Shown: positions 1 through 14,328, numbered from the whole stretch's first letter. The stretch is DNA of 55,751 nucleotides, filler included, from Sluysia triapertura (GCA_046118255.1; 4 parts of 4 records of this genome joined end to end with filler, not necessarily neighbours in it); one strand, 5' to 3'. Numbers and translations are program-made. The notes: a model not told the origin generated them from the sequence alone.

Positions 1-2812
1 TTAATATTAAATTTAAATTTAAATATCTTTTAAATTATTTTGATAATAAATATTTTTATTTTAATCTGGCCAAGGTCAGATTTTTTTCGAAATAATTTTG
101 AGTTAGTTTATTTAGTTAAGGCTTAGATACCTGAAAGGTATCACATGTAAAATATACTTAAATTTATTTTTGTAACGAATTGGGAACCATTTACCGGTTC
201 TTGCGTAAAATACTATTAAACTTATTATTTAAATAATTAACTCGACAATAGTTAATTCCGTAAATTTTATTCTTATATTATAATATCCTTTGTAAACATT
301 ATAATTTTTTTTAATATATTACTAAAAACTTAGCTGTTAATTTTGAGTGACGATAACTTTTATAGTTTCGAATATAAAATCTAAACTAAAGTAGAGATTT
401 CTCCTATTAGAATTTAATTCTAATATCGCAAAATCAATAATTACAGATCCTTCTCAAACGATCTACGTAAACTACTCTTAATAATATTTTTCACTTAATA
501 AAATATTAAATTTAAGCCTTTCATGTATTATTTACAGCTTGCATTGACTCCTATTTATTAAAATACTTCCAGAAATCTAACAGATAAGTATTTGAATTAA
601 TAGCAAAATTATTAAATTAAGAGGTTATTCCGCCTTTACTTAGCCCTAACTGGTCAGCCTAGTACGTTGGTGGACTCACATTAAAATTCTATTTTATTCT
701 ATCTTATCTTAAAATCACCCACAGAGTTATCAAATTAAATAATTTTTAATTAAATCAATTGTCTTATCTTGATTCAAGTATTTGATATACTTATCTTATC
801 ATTACAATTCATCATAATCCCTATCTCAATTCCTCAATAACGTTTACCTTATTCTGTTATCCTGAATCTTGAACCTTTATATATACCTTTGCCCTTTACT
901 AATCCCAACATGTTTCCGTTCGCCAAACAAATACCTATCAATACACAGACAACAAAAAAAGAAATTAAGGATGACAAAACAATGAATTTCAATCGGTCCA
1001 TAGTAATTTATACAACATAAAAGAAAGAAATGAATGAAGTTTTTGCTTATTGGAATAATTTATCATCGCATTTTGTTATAATATTTGATAATAATAAAAG
1101 AAACGTTGGAAGGCTTCATTCAAGTTGTATCCTGGAGCATTCTGCTCACGTTCAGAAGCCTATGTTTCATCGGAAAAAGTAGAAATACATATAGATATGA
1201 AGCTTATGAAGCGTTTAATATGGTCATGTAAATAGTATTTACAATTTCTATCAGTTATGTACATTTTATTCATATATAAAACGTCGTAAAATCATGTGAT
1301 TTTAATTAACAAATGTACTTATTAATTAAAAGTTGGTCATTGTTTTCCACTAATGACCACATTTATATAATTACCATAATTACCATAATTATAATTTTCC
1401 GATATTATACACAATAATTTTAGTTGATTTTGAAGAGCTGGCATGTGGTATGTCTTTTGCTTAGAATGAAACGAACCATGCACATAGATTTGTGGATACC
1501 TTCCCTTTTTTAATTAAATTTTTTAAATTTTAAATTTCCTTTTTCCATTGACTTTACTATCAAAGGTTCTAAATGACGTCCACTTCATTAGTCTAAATGT
1601 TTTAAGATAGTATATAAGCCGTCATTTTTTTATTATATTTATTCATATCCAGTATCACGATAAAGGTAAGTTATTTCGTGGAAAACATGTAACTTACCTT
1701 AACATGATCTTCCTTTCTATCGGATTTTTCTTATATCACTCTGCATTACAGGGATCTTATCTTATAGGAAAGTCTTATCTCTTGCTTTTTCTCTTAATTC
1801 ATGCAATAAGTTCACACTCACGCATAACTTACAATTCTATCATTAATTTTTTACTTATTATAATGTTTTCTTTATTTTTCAGGACGCATTTCAGAAAATT
1901 ATGGAACTTATCAATACCACGGATGTGCAAACACAAATAAGCATCCTGGAGGATTAAAAAAGAATATGTAATACTGCCGAAATGGCTGATCTAATTCTTC
2001 GCAGCCTGCCGTATATATCCACAGACACGAAGGCCCGTCGTTATCGAAGAAGATTGCTAATTATCTTAGGCACACAGTTTAATACAGAACTGTGCCTTTT
2101 TGGCGGAGACGAGGTTACGTTATTCGTAACATTTCGTGGCAAGACGGAGGAAATGAGGGCATCCAAAAATACCACAATTGGCCCTCTAGCCCAAGTGATT
2201 CGACGGGCAAAGAAAATCAAAAATGAAATAATCATCAATCACAGGGATAAGCAAATTTCAGGTGCCGTCCAAAAATTCATTTTTATTGTGGATGGTGCCA
2301 CGTTATACCGAATATATCATTGTTCTTTTGAATATTTTTGATTTTTATGATTAATTTGAAACAAAAATCTAAAGAAAAACGTATTAAAGTATTACATTTT
2401 TAAAAGATTTTCAATTAATTCAGCAACAATTAAGTTGCCACAGTTAAGTTGTAACAGTATTTTTACCACAGGTGCCAAGATACATCTTTTAACATTCCAA
2501 TTTAAAATTATTTTCCAAGTTCAACCACTCTTTCTCAATTTATGCATTAACTTTTCGTACAATAATTGTCAAACTTATTTAGCGGTATAATTTTCTTTCA
2601 GCTCATACTAGCTCATACTTTTTGGTAGAAATAAGTATACACAAAATCATGGTAGAAAAGCATATAATTTTTAGTTTTATTATTGCTTGGTTCATAAAGA
2701 ACATTCCGTATCTTTTTTTCTCTTTCTCCTTTTTTTAAAAAAAATTAAGTATTACAAATTTAAATGAAAAATCAATTAACTAATAATATCATTCAAATAT
2801 ATGATCTAATCT

Positions 2813-2815
<3 letters not shown>

Positions 2816-2866
<51 letters not shown>
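2816..2866 (+). repeat. (AAT)17 microsatellite
   Basis: Perfect trinucleotide run. Confidence 0.97.
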
Positions 2867-2868
<2 letters not shown>

Positions 2869-5800
2869 AAAATTAATCAAAAACCATTCATAAAATTTAT
2901 AAAAAGAACAAAAAGCACCATATATCAAATGTCTTCAAATTTTGTTTGCTTTTCACAAATGTAAAATTCATCAATATTCTTATTTTTATTATCAATGAAA
3001 ACGAAAATCAATTTTTAACGTATTGACAATTAAACAAAATCTATGAATTTGTTTCGGATTCATAATATCATTTTCAAATATCATAAAATTATTTTCGAAT
3101 AAAACTTAAAAATAGAACAGGCTGAAAATGATAAACATTGAAATATTTCTTATTTTTAATTGTGATATCAACCCTTTAACTGCTACATTTGGTTCTAAAA
3201 CTAAGTATTTACTAACTTTGAAGGACTAATTAAGATAAAATAATAAAGAAGATGCAAAAAATGCACTTTATTAGGTTTAGTATGGTTATTTTATAATATA
3301 CATAAGATTTGACAGTAGTATTCAGAAAATGCAGTTTTCGGGAGTTCTATGATTGATCCTCACAGAAAATCACTCATTATTATTAGTATGTAATCATAAC
3401 CCAATAAAATTAAATTTATTAACATTGCTTTATTAGTATTTGAATACAGCAAGGACTGAAATTATGGCGCTACTAAAAGAAAATTAGTACCTAATTTAAA
3501 ATTAATAATTGATTAATTAATTATCTGATAAATTAAGCATCATTTTCTGATATTCAAAACATAAAGATAATGATATTAACAAATACTGAAACTCATGTAT
3601 TCTTTAATTTAAACAATGCAATGCTAATATGATATAAATGTATAATTAATTTCATTAACTTGCTCAATATTTAATTAGCAAAGTTAAGTCGAGCGAATAA
3701 ACAGAAAATAAAAGTATAAAAGTAGTGTATAACTAAAAATGACTGATCTGAAATATTCAAAATAATTGATTCTATTGTTTATTGAAAGTTTATTTAAATA
3801 AAATTTTATATACATTTTTTACATTTGTGATTAATAAAATTAAATAAAATTTGAATACAGTACATGTTTATTCAGAATTTTTTATACAGTCATTTTTTCT
3901 TGTTACAAAAGGTAACATAATTCGTTGGAAACAAGTTCTTCAAGCAAATTCATAAGTCCAGGTAGATCGCTTTCTAACATGTGATGACTTCCTAATTGAT
4001 CATCCAATGCCATGATACTACGTAACAATGATTTTGGTTCCGTGGGCAAGGTTCCATTTTCTTGCATATAATTATCAGTATGACCTAATCCACGAGCATT
4101 GTCAACTGCATATCCACTTTTGTCATGTAAATTTACATATCTTCATTAACATTTCCGTGTTCTGTCTTAATCTCCTTCAGTACATATCGCATTAATTGAA
4201 TCATTATTACATTTTTCCAAGAAAGCAATACATATCACAAATGGACAATTTGACGAATGTGTACTGTGTAACGTTTTAGGACAGTCTTCTTCTGTCCATC
4301 CTAACTTGGACGATCGTCTGTCCGACCATCGCAACCGAATATTATATTTCGTAAATATCAAACTTGACTTATATATTTCTTTGGAGAAACAATCACTTAT
4401 AGAATTATAAATTTAAAATTATAAATAAAATGAACCGTTTTTATTTTGGAAAGTGTACACAGATGAATGTATTTGTGATACTCACAAACAATTTGTAAAT
4501 GATATAAAATCAAAAAAAAACATTTTATTTACAACAATATAAAAATAATTAATTAATTAATTAATTAAACTTTTAAATACAAATTTATTGTGTATCATTT
4601 ATTTATATTTTTTGTTCATTCAATTATACGGAAGAGTTATCATGTAATTACCCCATATTCGGGTAATTACATGATAACTGCCGGAAATTGTTTTGTGCTT
4701 TCAAATAAATTTTGTAANNNNNNNNNNNNNNNNNNNNNNNNNNNNNNNNNNNNNNNNNNNNNNNNNNNNNNNNNNNNNNNNNNNNNNNNNNNNNNNNNNN
4801 NNNNNNNNNNNNNNNNNNNNNNNNNNNNNNNNNNNNNNNNNNNNNNCTAGAAAGTTAACATTCCTTAAAGTTCTTAGATAATAAAACAAATGATATACGA
4901 AATAATAAATCTAAAAATTAAATTTTACGAACATTGAATTATAAAACCAAATACACAAATATGTCAGCAATTGTTTAAAGTTATTATACTAAACGCTTTT
5001 AAAACACAAATTTAAATGAAAAAGAGCACATTTTAAAGATGATGTTTTACCTTTTGAGATTCTTGATTGAAATGGATTTACTATTTCAATAATAGAATTA
5101 TATTTAATTATATTTAATTATGTTTAGTTTACATTATATTGCATTTGGATGTAATCTATTTATTTTATTTCTTATTTAATTTATTTTATCACAATATTAT
5201 TAAAATTACTCTTAGTAATGCTTAATAATTTTTTAGTTATATTTTTCTACTGAAAAATCTCTTCATTTTGACTTGTGATAAAAAATTTTTCTTGGTTTGT
5301 TAAACAATGTTATTATTATAAAATTAAATAATGTGATAATTAATAACGGATATTTTTCGTGATAATACATATAAAATATGCAAATTGTTTTAAGTCTAAC
5401 CATATTAATTCATATTATAGTTCATACGATTTTGATTATTAAAATACAATAAACGGTTAGTTATTTATTTAATATTCTTTATTTCGATATAATGTATGTA
5501 CTAAAACCAAATAATTCCGATACATAATAATCATAGTTCAAGGTTTAATTATGTGACTTCTTTTAACAAGCACAATTTGATTTTTCTGATGATGTAGTTT
5601 TTTATTGTTTTTCGCTTTAAATGTATTACCACCAGGTTTTCTGATTAGTAGACTACTTTTATCCACTGATCGTTCGATTTGTCTCATTGCCATGGCAACA
5701 ATACGTTGGAATGCTAATTTTGTAGAAATTAGTTGTGAGATTAGGATATGATTATCTTGGATTAAATGCCTTACCCTTAACGTAAGTTCTCTACGATACT

Positions 5801-7387
5801 GGACTTAATCACTGAAGGGCCAGCACATAGATTCGCAGCTTTTAAGAAAGAAAAGATAAGAACTGGAAGCTTATGTTGATATTTAATTTTGATGCTACTT
5901 GTTTCTTGGATTTAGATACTTATTGGCTTTCTTCAATTAAGATTTTATTATAATTTGGACAAGAATCAATATTAAAAATTATCCCTATCAATTCAGTTTT
6001 ATTTTACTTAAAATACTTCCAATTATTAAATAACACAAATTCTAATATATTATAAGATATTTATTAAACAAGCAACAAGTATATAAAAGTTTAAACACTT
6101 ATACAATTAAAAAGAAATTGTCAATTGTCAAATAAACTTAGAAAGCGTAAAGCACAAATATAAATTTTATATAAAAATTAAAAATTCGTTTATAAATGTT
6201 GTAATATGTTTAATGTCAAAAAATTAAAAATCCTTCTATATTATAGGAATAAAAATTTAACAATATTAATTTATAATTAAATTTTTTTGTCGTATTAAAT
6301 ATACTTTTATTTTCTAAATTCACTTCACATCTCTTTTATATAGTTATAAATTAACTACTCTTAAAAAGCATAAAACTAACGATTAATATAAATTAATTCT
6401 TCCATATGTTAATAAATTTTTTCAAACAAGTAATCTTCTTTTATCAGTCTTTCCAAATATTAATAATTGTTTCGAATAATAATATTTGATTAATATAAAA
6501 TAATTCTTATAAATATTAACAAATTTTTCCAAGCAATTAGTCTTCTTTAATTAGTTTTTTCCAAATATTAGTAATTATTTCGAATAATAATGTTTTTAAA
6601 AATAATTTTCGTTTATTGAGCTATAAATAGATCACTAAAATCAATAACTTCAAAACTATATTGGTGTGAGAGCGTAACTATTCGAAACTATATTCATAGT
6701 TTTTCTAAACACTATTTTTAGTAATTTTATAAATAAAATAAATTTAATAATTAAAACAATAATATATTTAATAATTTTTATACATAATTTAATATTTTTT
6801 AATAATTAATATTGTTAATAAATACATTATTTTAAATTTCATAATTTTTTTAATACGTCAATAATTTTAATATTTAAAATATCAAATATTCATAATACAT
6901 TAATACATACGTTACATTATGATACCAAAACAAAATAAAAAGTATTACCCCTAACATGGAATTGTTTTCTTTAGCATTATGAATTATCATTTTCGTATTA
7001 ATATTGTGCGTTAAAATTAAGTATTCCCTCGTATACTTAAATTTAAACACATCGTTTGAAACTTCCTTGAGGATTACATCGACATTTACATGATAATCCA
7101 TCAGACTTTATTAGGTACAGAATACAAAAATTTGATTAATGATCAACCATTATATTTTACACTCAATATATTTTTCCTTAAATTACTTCTCACAATAAAA
7201 TAACAATCATTAGTATTGTCAACAAACGAAGAAATAATGAATTTAACTCTAGCTCTTAGAATTCAATTAATTCTGTTTTTCAAACTCAATTTTAAACCGA
7301 CAATAACATAATCATATAATAATCCACCACAAGAATAATTTCAATTTAAAATTTTTATATATTATTATAAGGTTTTACATAACATAC

Positions 7388-7563
7388 TTTTATCGATGTT
7401 TGACTTCTCATTTGGTCCAAACCTGATAATGGTGCTGATATCTTCGATACTGTAACAAAGGCAGCTAAATTAGCCGTAAACATTCCCATTAATAAAGAAG
7501 AAGTTATCCAAAATCCTAATACGACGCTTCTTGTAGAATATGCACGAGGATCAAAACTTTCGC
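7388..7563 (-). CDS. IR25a-like receptor, M3 and start of S2 exon
   Basis: ttttag|...|gtatgt. GESFDPRAYSTRSVVLGFWITSSLLMGMFTANLAAFVTVSKISAPLSGLDQM contains the TANLAAF gating motif. Later S2/M4 exons were not found in the window. Confidence 0.93.
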
Positions 7564-10156
7564 CTAAAATTATAAAAATGGCTGCTTGAGCAATATAATT
7601 GAAATATTTTAACAATTTGATTTAATAAATAATGATAAATAATTGTTTAGAATACTTTATTAAAATATTTCGACCATATTAATTAACTAGTTTTTTAGTA
7701 CACATTTTATTTGACAATTGATTTTAAATGCAAAAATGAAGCAACATTTTTAAAACTTATATCCATAAATTACTTAATTCAGGTAAATATTAAGATAATT
7801 TGAAGAAAAATTATAATATATAAGTATATCAAAATACAGAAATGGCTCACTTGATAGTTTTAACAAAACAATTGCATTAGTTTTTTTAGGATAATTAAAA
7901 AATTCAAAAAGATAAATAAATCAATATATATTTATTAATACAATTACGATACAACTATAAAGTCAAGATAGAAAATATTGTAAAATTTTGTAATAATAAT
8001 GCACAAAAAAATTAAAAGTTTACAATTACATATAGCGGTTTGCCACGCATCTCACGATAAAAATAGCTTTCAAATGTGTAAGAAAATGTGATGTTATTAC
8101 TTTTGATTACATTTATAAAAAAATTAAAGTTAGTTCATGTCTGTTATTAATCAATGATTTACTCACTTTAAAATTACTTCTAAACTTTATAAGTTTTTTC
8201 CTTTTAATTCTTTAAAATTATTTTGGTTTAGCTTTAAAATAAATTGCTTTAATTATTTAAACTGTCTCAATGCTTTAATTGATGTTATATGCTTTTTAAA
8301 TCATATTTTTTGTTAAATGCAGGTTATAAATTATAAATTAAATATAAATTAAATATAAATATAAATATAATTTAAATATAAATTATTTAAATTATAAATT
8401 AAAAATAAATTAAACATAATTATTTTGTTAAATATAAATTAATAGCATAATTCTAATTTATCTCTCTACTTAGAAATTAAGTGCGAATAAAATTCCAAAA
8501 TTCTCTTTCAAAGTCTCAATAAGATAAATGATTAACTAAAATCTATTCCAAAATTATAACAATTATGTTTTGTTAAGTTATGCGTTAAGTTCCAAGTATT
8601 CTAATCAAAAAATAAAAATTTTAATAAATAATTTGTAGATTTAAACTTTCAAACTTTGTAATAATAAGATTAAAAAAAATTTCGTAACAAAATTAAATAG
8701 GATATTTCTAATAAAAATCCGATAAAAAAGTGACAATGTGATAAGAAATTGGTCGTAATTTTAATAATAAAATTTTTTAATGGTAAAAACAATAATAAAA
8801 TTCATAATTTATCATATTGTAATTGGAGCGCAACGCACATATAAATAAAAAAGCAGAGATAATAAGGAACTAGAGTTTTAAAATACTACATTTTGTTTGA
8901 CGAGTTGCTACAAATGATCACATTTTTTGATTTCAAATGATGAAAAATCGTCTTGCATGAAAAGATTAGGACTAAATAAATAAATAAAGTAAATAAACCT
9001 GAAAAAAACCTAAAAATTTATTTAAATTTTGGGTGATTATAAACTAGTTATCCGTGTAGTTTATAACAGACTGACTTAATTTAAGACTGTTAATAAAAGA
9101 AAGTAGTTATTTACTAGTGAGTTAGTTAACTGGTTTAATAAGTGAACCAATAATAATAAAATGCAATGGTATTATATAAGATTTAAAAAATCAGTTATAT
9201 TGATGGGGTGCTTTCTAAAACCTATAATGACAATTTTTTCCTTAAAATTTATGAGTTCGCTTGTGATCCGAGAATTACGCAAAAAAGGGATCATCCGAAA
9301 GATTTTCATACTAAATAATTAGGTGACTTTGGAAGTAAAACATGCAGTTACGCTCACTGAACTTTAATTTTTAATTTTCATAACTGCTAAGGCCAGATTA
9401 TTAAATGTACTAAATAGATTAATGTTTAGTTCATAAATCTTTAATGATTGGGGTTCTAGTAATAACTAGGTTAATTTATCAAATAATTTTAATTCTTTCT
9501 TTAAAATAGGACGTGAAAATAATAAATTAATGTCGTTTTAAATTGACTTGTAAAACATAGATGGATTTTATCAATTTACTATTATATAAATTAATATCTC
9601 TTTATTTTTAATCCCTGTTTAAAATAAGATTACAAAGTGGCGCGCATAAATTAAGCGTTAAAATATCGTTACAACAAAATATAATAGAAAAATGCTTTAT
9701 AAATAAATTTTTAGGCAAGACTTAAATAATGTACATGAGAAAATTTTATAAATTTAAAGTTACTAAATATATTAAGAAATTCTGATTAATTTAAGTGGCT
9801 TTAAAATAAAATTAACAAAATAAATTTGAGATTTTATAACTACGTTAAATATAGTAACCTTATCTAAATAATACTAAGGTTAATGTTTATCAAAACACAT
9901 AAAGTGCTAATAAAATATCTTTGTTTCAAATAAAATATCGGTTTCCTCCCAAAGAATAAATTTTATACTTCTCGAAAAATTGATGAAGTTAAATTAGTTT
10001 AAAATTATGAATTTTTAAATTATTTTAATTTTTGTCTACGTTACATTAGTCTTAGATATATACAATAAACCAAGCTTTAAGGAAATATCGAGTTATTCCT
10101 TTATTATATTTTTTCTAGAATTTCTTGAATAATAAAATAAAGTTTAGAATACAAAC

Positions 10157-10335
10157 CTGCTTGTGTAAAAGCTCCCATAATGAACCATGCTGATTCTTTT
10201 AAGGAAAATAATTTTCCTTCAATATCTTCATCACTATTAATTCGATTTTGAAAAGAAAATGGTGATATTCTGTCAAATAAAGCTAACAATACTGTTACCG
10301 TTATAATAGATACCAATATTAACAGCCAAACCCCA
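10157..10335 (-). CDS. IR25a-like receptor, M1 and M2 pore-loop exon
   Basis: tttag|...|gtttgt. YGVWLLILVSII...FDRISPFSFQN...FSLKESAWFIMGAFTQAG resembles IR25a FDRWSPYSYQN...FNLKECLWF. Phases 2 and 1 fit both neighbours. Confidence 0.9.
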
Positions 10336-10640
10336 CTAAATAATATTTAAAATGTCATTTTGATAAGGAAAATATTTATATTATTCTTCGAATTATATTA
10401 AAACAAGGCAGTACAATAACTTCTAGTTGATGAATATAAGAATTATATCTGATGTAGAAATTTATGTATTAGAGCACAAATTATACACATATAATTTAGT
10501 TTCACACTTGCTTATCATGGAACCAGAAGCCAAAACTTTTAAATAATTTAAATTCAAAATTCAGAAAATCGAAATGTTATATCTAATTTTAATATTTTAA
10601 TGTAACACTTATCCAAATAAAAGTTAAACATCTGAAATTA

Positions 10641-11086
10641 AGTTAATTAAGATTTTAATTAATTAATCAATTTTTAGACTTAATCTTATTTTATGTTTAC
10701 TAAACGACTAAAGTTATTTATTAGTTTATAAGACATTCAGGAAGCTCTAGATATTTTCAACTTCACCTTTCTGATTCCTTTTTCTACTTCTTCATGTTAA
10801 TTATTACCATACATGATTTATTCTTAGTACCAAAAACAATGATTTTATTTCTCAAGTATTTTAAAGATTTTAAATACTTTACTAAAGGTTACTAAAGGAT
10901 CTCAAATATTTATTGATGTTACAGAAATACTTAAAAGTTAATAAGGTCTTAAATGATCTAAAGATTTACAAGTTCAAAGGTAACTTAAAGCTTCTAAAGG
11001 TTTTCCAAGTGAATCTCAAGCTTCCGCAAGACCTCAATACCCTATATAGGTCTTTGGAACTCCAAATTATTCTTCAGTTATCCACA
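10641..11086 (+). repeat. LTR-like repeat family A copy (further piece at ~11305-11380)
   Basis: Long colinear similarity to reverse complement of ~40560-40992, e.g. CTGATTCCTTTTTCTACTTCTTCATGTTAATT. Confidence 0.8.
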
Positions 11087-11465
11087 TTACTATAAATGTA
11101 TATGTAGTGAACTTCAAACATACATGACACAATCACATACAAAAGCCATCACAAATAACATTTCATAAACAAGAAAAACACTAAACAAAATTATGTTTTT
11201 TTCGTTAATAAATGAAATTAAGTTAAAACTAAGTATTTTAATAGTAGTTAATATAAATTATTTAATGAAAAATCTTCATAATTCTTCCTCTAACAATATT
11301 TATAAAGTTCGATCCATTACTTTGTATCAATTTTCCCTTCATTTTGTAGTTATATTTTGACTTAATTTCACTCATCTCCTAATTTAAATCTATTTTAAAC
11401 TTATTCATAATATTTATTATTTATTTATTTAAATAAGTTTAAAAATAGATCTAAATTATAATAAT

Positions 11466-12032
11466 AAATTATAATTTGTAGGACCAAACACTAGTTGAAA
11501 AACACATTTCTTATGTAAACTGCTACAAAGTAATGTTTTAAAATAAACATAACTTTAATAAAATGTATTGGAATCAAGATGATTGTGGGGAAGCAGGATT
11601 TATTCAAATTGAATTTTGTAAATTAAAGAATATTAAAGTAATTAATGACTTTGATGAAAATTAGTCTACAAAAATGTGATGTAACCGTTATTGATGACTT
11701 GTACCAAGAGGCTAATAATCAGGATGATTTTAATAATTTATTCACTAAAACAAATAAATATAAAGAAGTGACTGTAATTTTTAATTAAAAATCTGTTTCA
11801 TCTAGGTGATAATCATCATACTCGAAATTTATATGTGCATTATTTAATAATATTTAAGAATCCTAGATATCAAACTGTAATAGATTATTTAACACTATGT
11901 GCATTTTCACATAACAAATTATTTCAAATAAGTGCTTTTCGTGATGCAGCAAAAATAGCATACGAATATTTGTTTTTAGATTTCACACAAGCATGTCCTA
12001 ATCATACAAGTATATTTACTTATTATAAATAA
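11466..12032 (+). pseudogene. Maverick/Polinton packaging ATPase remnant
   Basis: Walker A FVGPNTS*KTHF, Walker B VTVIDDL, NLFTK, HYLIIFKNPR and AYEYLFLDFTQ; contains frameshifts and stops. Confidence 0.82.
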
Positions 12033-12239
12033 TGTACTGAATAAGATACTAATTAATTATGGCTAATTTTAAAAAAGTTGTAGTTTTAATAAAGTTAAAA
12101 ATTAACGTTAAAAATTAATTTAGACTGTGTTCAAAAATAAAAAGATGAAATATGAAGGTAGGCTTTATAGACAGACCTTTAGATAATAATTCAACTAACT
12201 TTATGGAAATTTAACAAAGCCATAATTTAAAACAAACAA

Positions 12240-12705
12240 AAAGAATACCCAAATATAAAATTGGTGACTATGTAAGTTCATAAAAAACTTTAATAATAAT
12301 TAGAGTAATTAGGAGTTTCAAATTCAGGAAATTTGTAAAAGATGAAATCTTTTAATGTGTAATAAAAGATGACAAGGGAAAGTTTATCCTGAAGAATTAC
12401 AGGTTCTACCTGAAAAACCGATAATTTATTGTACTAAATTAATTTTGGAAACTAAAGCTGAAAGAATACCCAAAAATTTACCTGTTAAATAGATTTTATA
12501 TAAGAAACCAGATACTTGAGTCTCAGTGGTACAATTTATTTATTATCATCAAATAAATACTGAAAGTACTCATTTAATGTAACCAAGCGATAAATGTCCA
12601 ACTTACTCAATCAGACAATAATGCTAGCATATTCATTATGGATTATCAAAATCCAATAGAATTACCTGGCAAATGGGAAGGCGCACTAGTCGAATTAACT
12701 TCTAA
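12240..12705 (+). pseudogene. Maverick/Polinton integrase C-terminus and minor capsid (penton) N-terminus remnants
   Basis: IPKYKIGDYV, YPEELQV and degenerate chromodomain VK*..Y...T*V, then DNNASIFIMDYQNPIELPGKWEGALVEL (penton N-terminal PI-L-G-WE-AL-E motif). Confidence 0.72.
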
Positions 12706-13133
12706 ATTTTAGAAAATTTCAATTAGAGGGGGAACAATACACTACTTAGAAAAAAATTAGTATAGCCAAAATTTACCTTTATTACTAACATTAATTTATT
12801 CATTGGTGGGCAAAACAAACTTATAGATAAATCATGCATTGTAGAAAAAATAGATAAAATACAACATACCTATGATTTAAATATTTAATAAATTTGTTAT
12901 ACAATTAATTTAGCCAGACTTTAATTAATTAACTCTTGTACATAATTTACTTATTTATTAAAATGTTTTATTTTTATTCATTTCATTTATTTCAAAAGTC
13001 ATTTCTACCTTTACATAAATATCTTCGATTGTCAAAGCTACTTCATAATTAGCCCATTTATGTCCTACTGCTATGTTCTACTGAACATAAAATTACATTA
13101 AAGACGAAATCTAAGTACAAATCACTCCATTAA

Positions 13134-13569
13134 CCCTTTAACCGCCGGTGAGCGCATTTTTGCGAACATAAATTTATTTGTGAGATTATATGAAATATGT
13201 GTGAGAAAAGCCATTAAAAAGCTGGCGCCACTTGCGTCAGTGTTAATTTCAAAATTAATAAAATAGCATTAAATGTGAAAATTGGTAAATTTAGTATTCT
13301 CTATCAAAGTGTAATATAGTGTGGAATGTTCTAAAGCAATCTGACATCTTCTAACAAAAGTAATAATAAAATATTTTCACTTATTTTATTTGATTCAAAT
13401 ATTTTTCTCACAAAATGGTGGTATATTATTGAAATAACATTGTGCACACATTTTAAAAGCAGAAACGATTATGCAAAACATTGTCTTTATTTAATCCTCT
13501 AAAACAATACGCCTTAGAAACTTGCAGAAATACGAGTGGGACCAATTGGTCCCAGCGGTGGCGAAAGGG
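13134..13569. mobile_element. piggyBac-type non-autonomous element (MITE)
   Basis: TTAA on both sides (13130-13133, 13570-13573); imperfect TIRs CCCTTTAACCGCCGGTG / CCCTTTCGCCACCGCTG. Confidence 0.8.
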
Positions 13570-13670
13570 TTAAGAAACACTAACATCTGACAAATATTAT
13601 TTAAATATTATTTAAAATTGGTACTAATACGTAGTAGTTTTTAAAATGTTAAAATATTTTAAATATTTAC

Positions 13671-13837
13671 TAATCAAAAACTGTCACAAAGTAGAACATA
13701 TTTGAAGAAGAATCATCTGGTGGTATATTTTTCATTATTGGTTGTACACCTACAAAATCGATAAAAGGTATTGTAAAATCAACAATTTTTGATCTCTGTT
13801 TCGTGACTGTAATTGGTCCAATTGCTAAGTCTGCTTT
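13671..13837 (-). CDS. IR25a-like receptor, exon encoding second half of S1 and pre-M1
   Basis: ttcag|...|gtaaat. KADLAIGPITVTKQRSKIVDFTIPFIDFVGVQPIMK...FYFVTVFD retains the S1 Arg and the VDFT motif. Phase 2 matches the next exon. Confidence 0.92.
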
Positions 13838-13943
13838 CTGAATGAGACAATATATAAATCAAATTTACGAAAAATTTATATATATTCAAATTGTACAAAT
13901 AAATTATTCACATTATTTTTAATAAAATTATCAATTAACTTAC

Positions 13944-14129
13944 ATTAATTGAAATTTCATTAATAATTCCAGATTTTGTATAATTAAATCCGGTTGTCAA
14001 ATATGGTTTTGAAGCAGAAAATACTTTTAAATTGTACTTGAACCCAGCAATTTTACTTATTTCTTCTAGTAAATCTACACAAAAGCCACTATAATTGCCA
14101 ATCGGTTGTTGCATTACAAAAATGTCTTC
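13944..14129 (-). CDS. IR25a-like ionotropic (glutamate) receptor, exon encoding first half of S1 ligand-binding lobe
   Basis: tttcag|...|gtaagt boundaries, 186 nt, phase 0-0. Translates EDIFVMQQPIGNYSGFCVDLLEEISKIAGFKYNLKV...SGIINEISIN; GFCVDLL is the iGluR S1 motif. Confidence 0.9.
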
Positions 14130-14328
14130 CTGAAAAATAAATACATTTATTTTATAACATAAAAGCTAAAAAATGGTATATATTAAGGCCGTGATCGGGG
14201 AACTTTTACTTCCATTACTCCAATATGATTTCAGTAATTTACTCATATTCCGCGACCACAGTTTTAATGGATTTAACCGTTTTTATACTATACTCGCACT
14301 TGCAGTACAACCCATTACACTGCTACAC

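Noticed and set aside
10913-11095. Similar ORFs at 10913-11095 and 40554-40802 as a gene family
   Set aside because: Both lie in LTR-like family A; similarity is explained at DNA level and no protein motif is seen.
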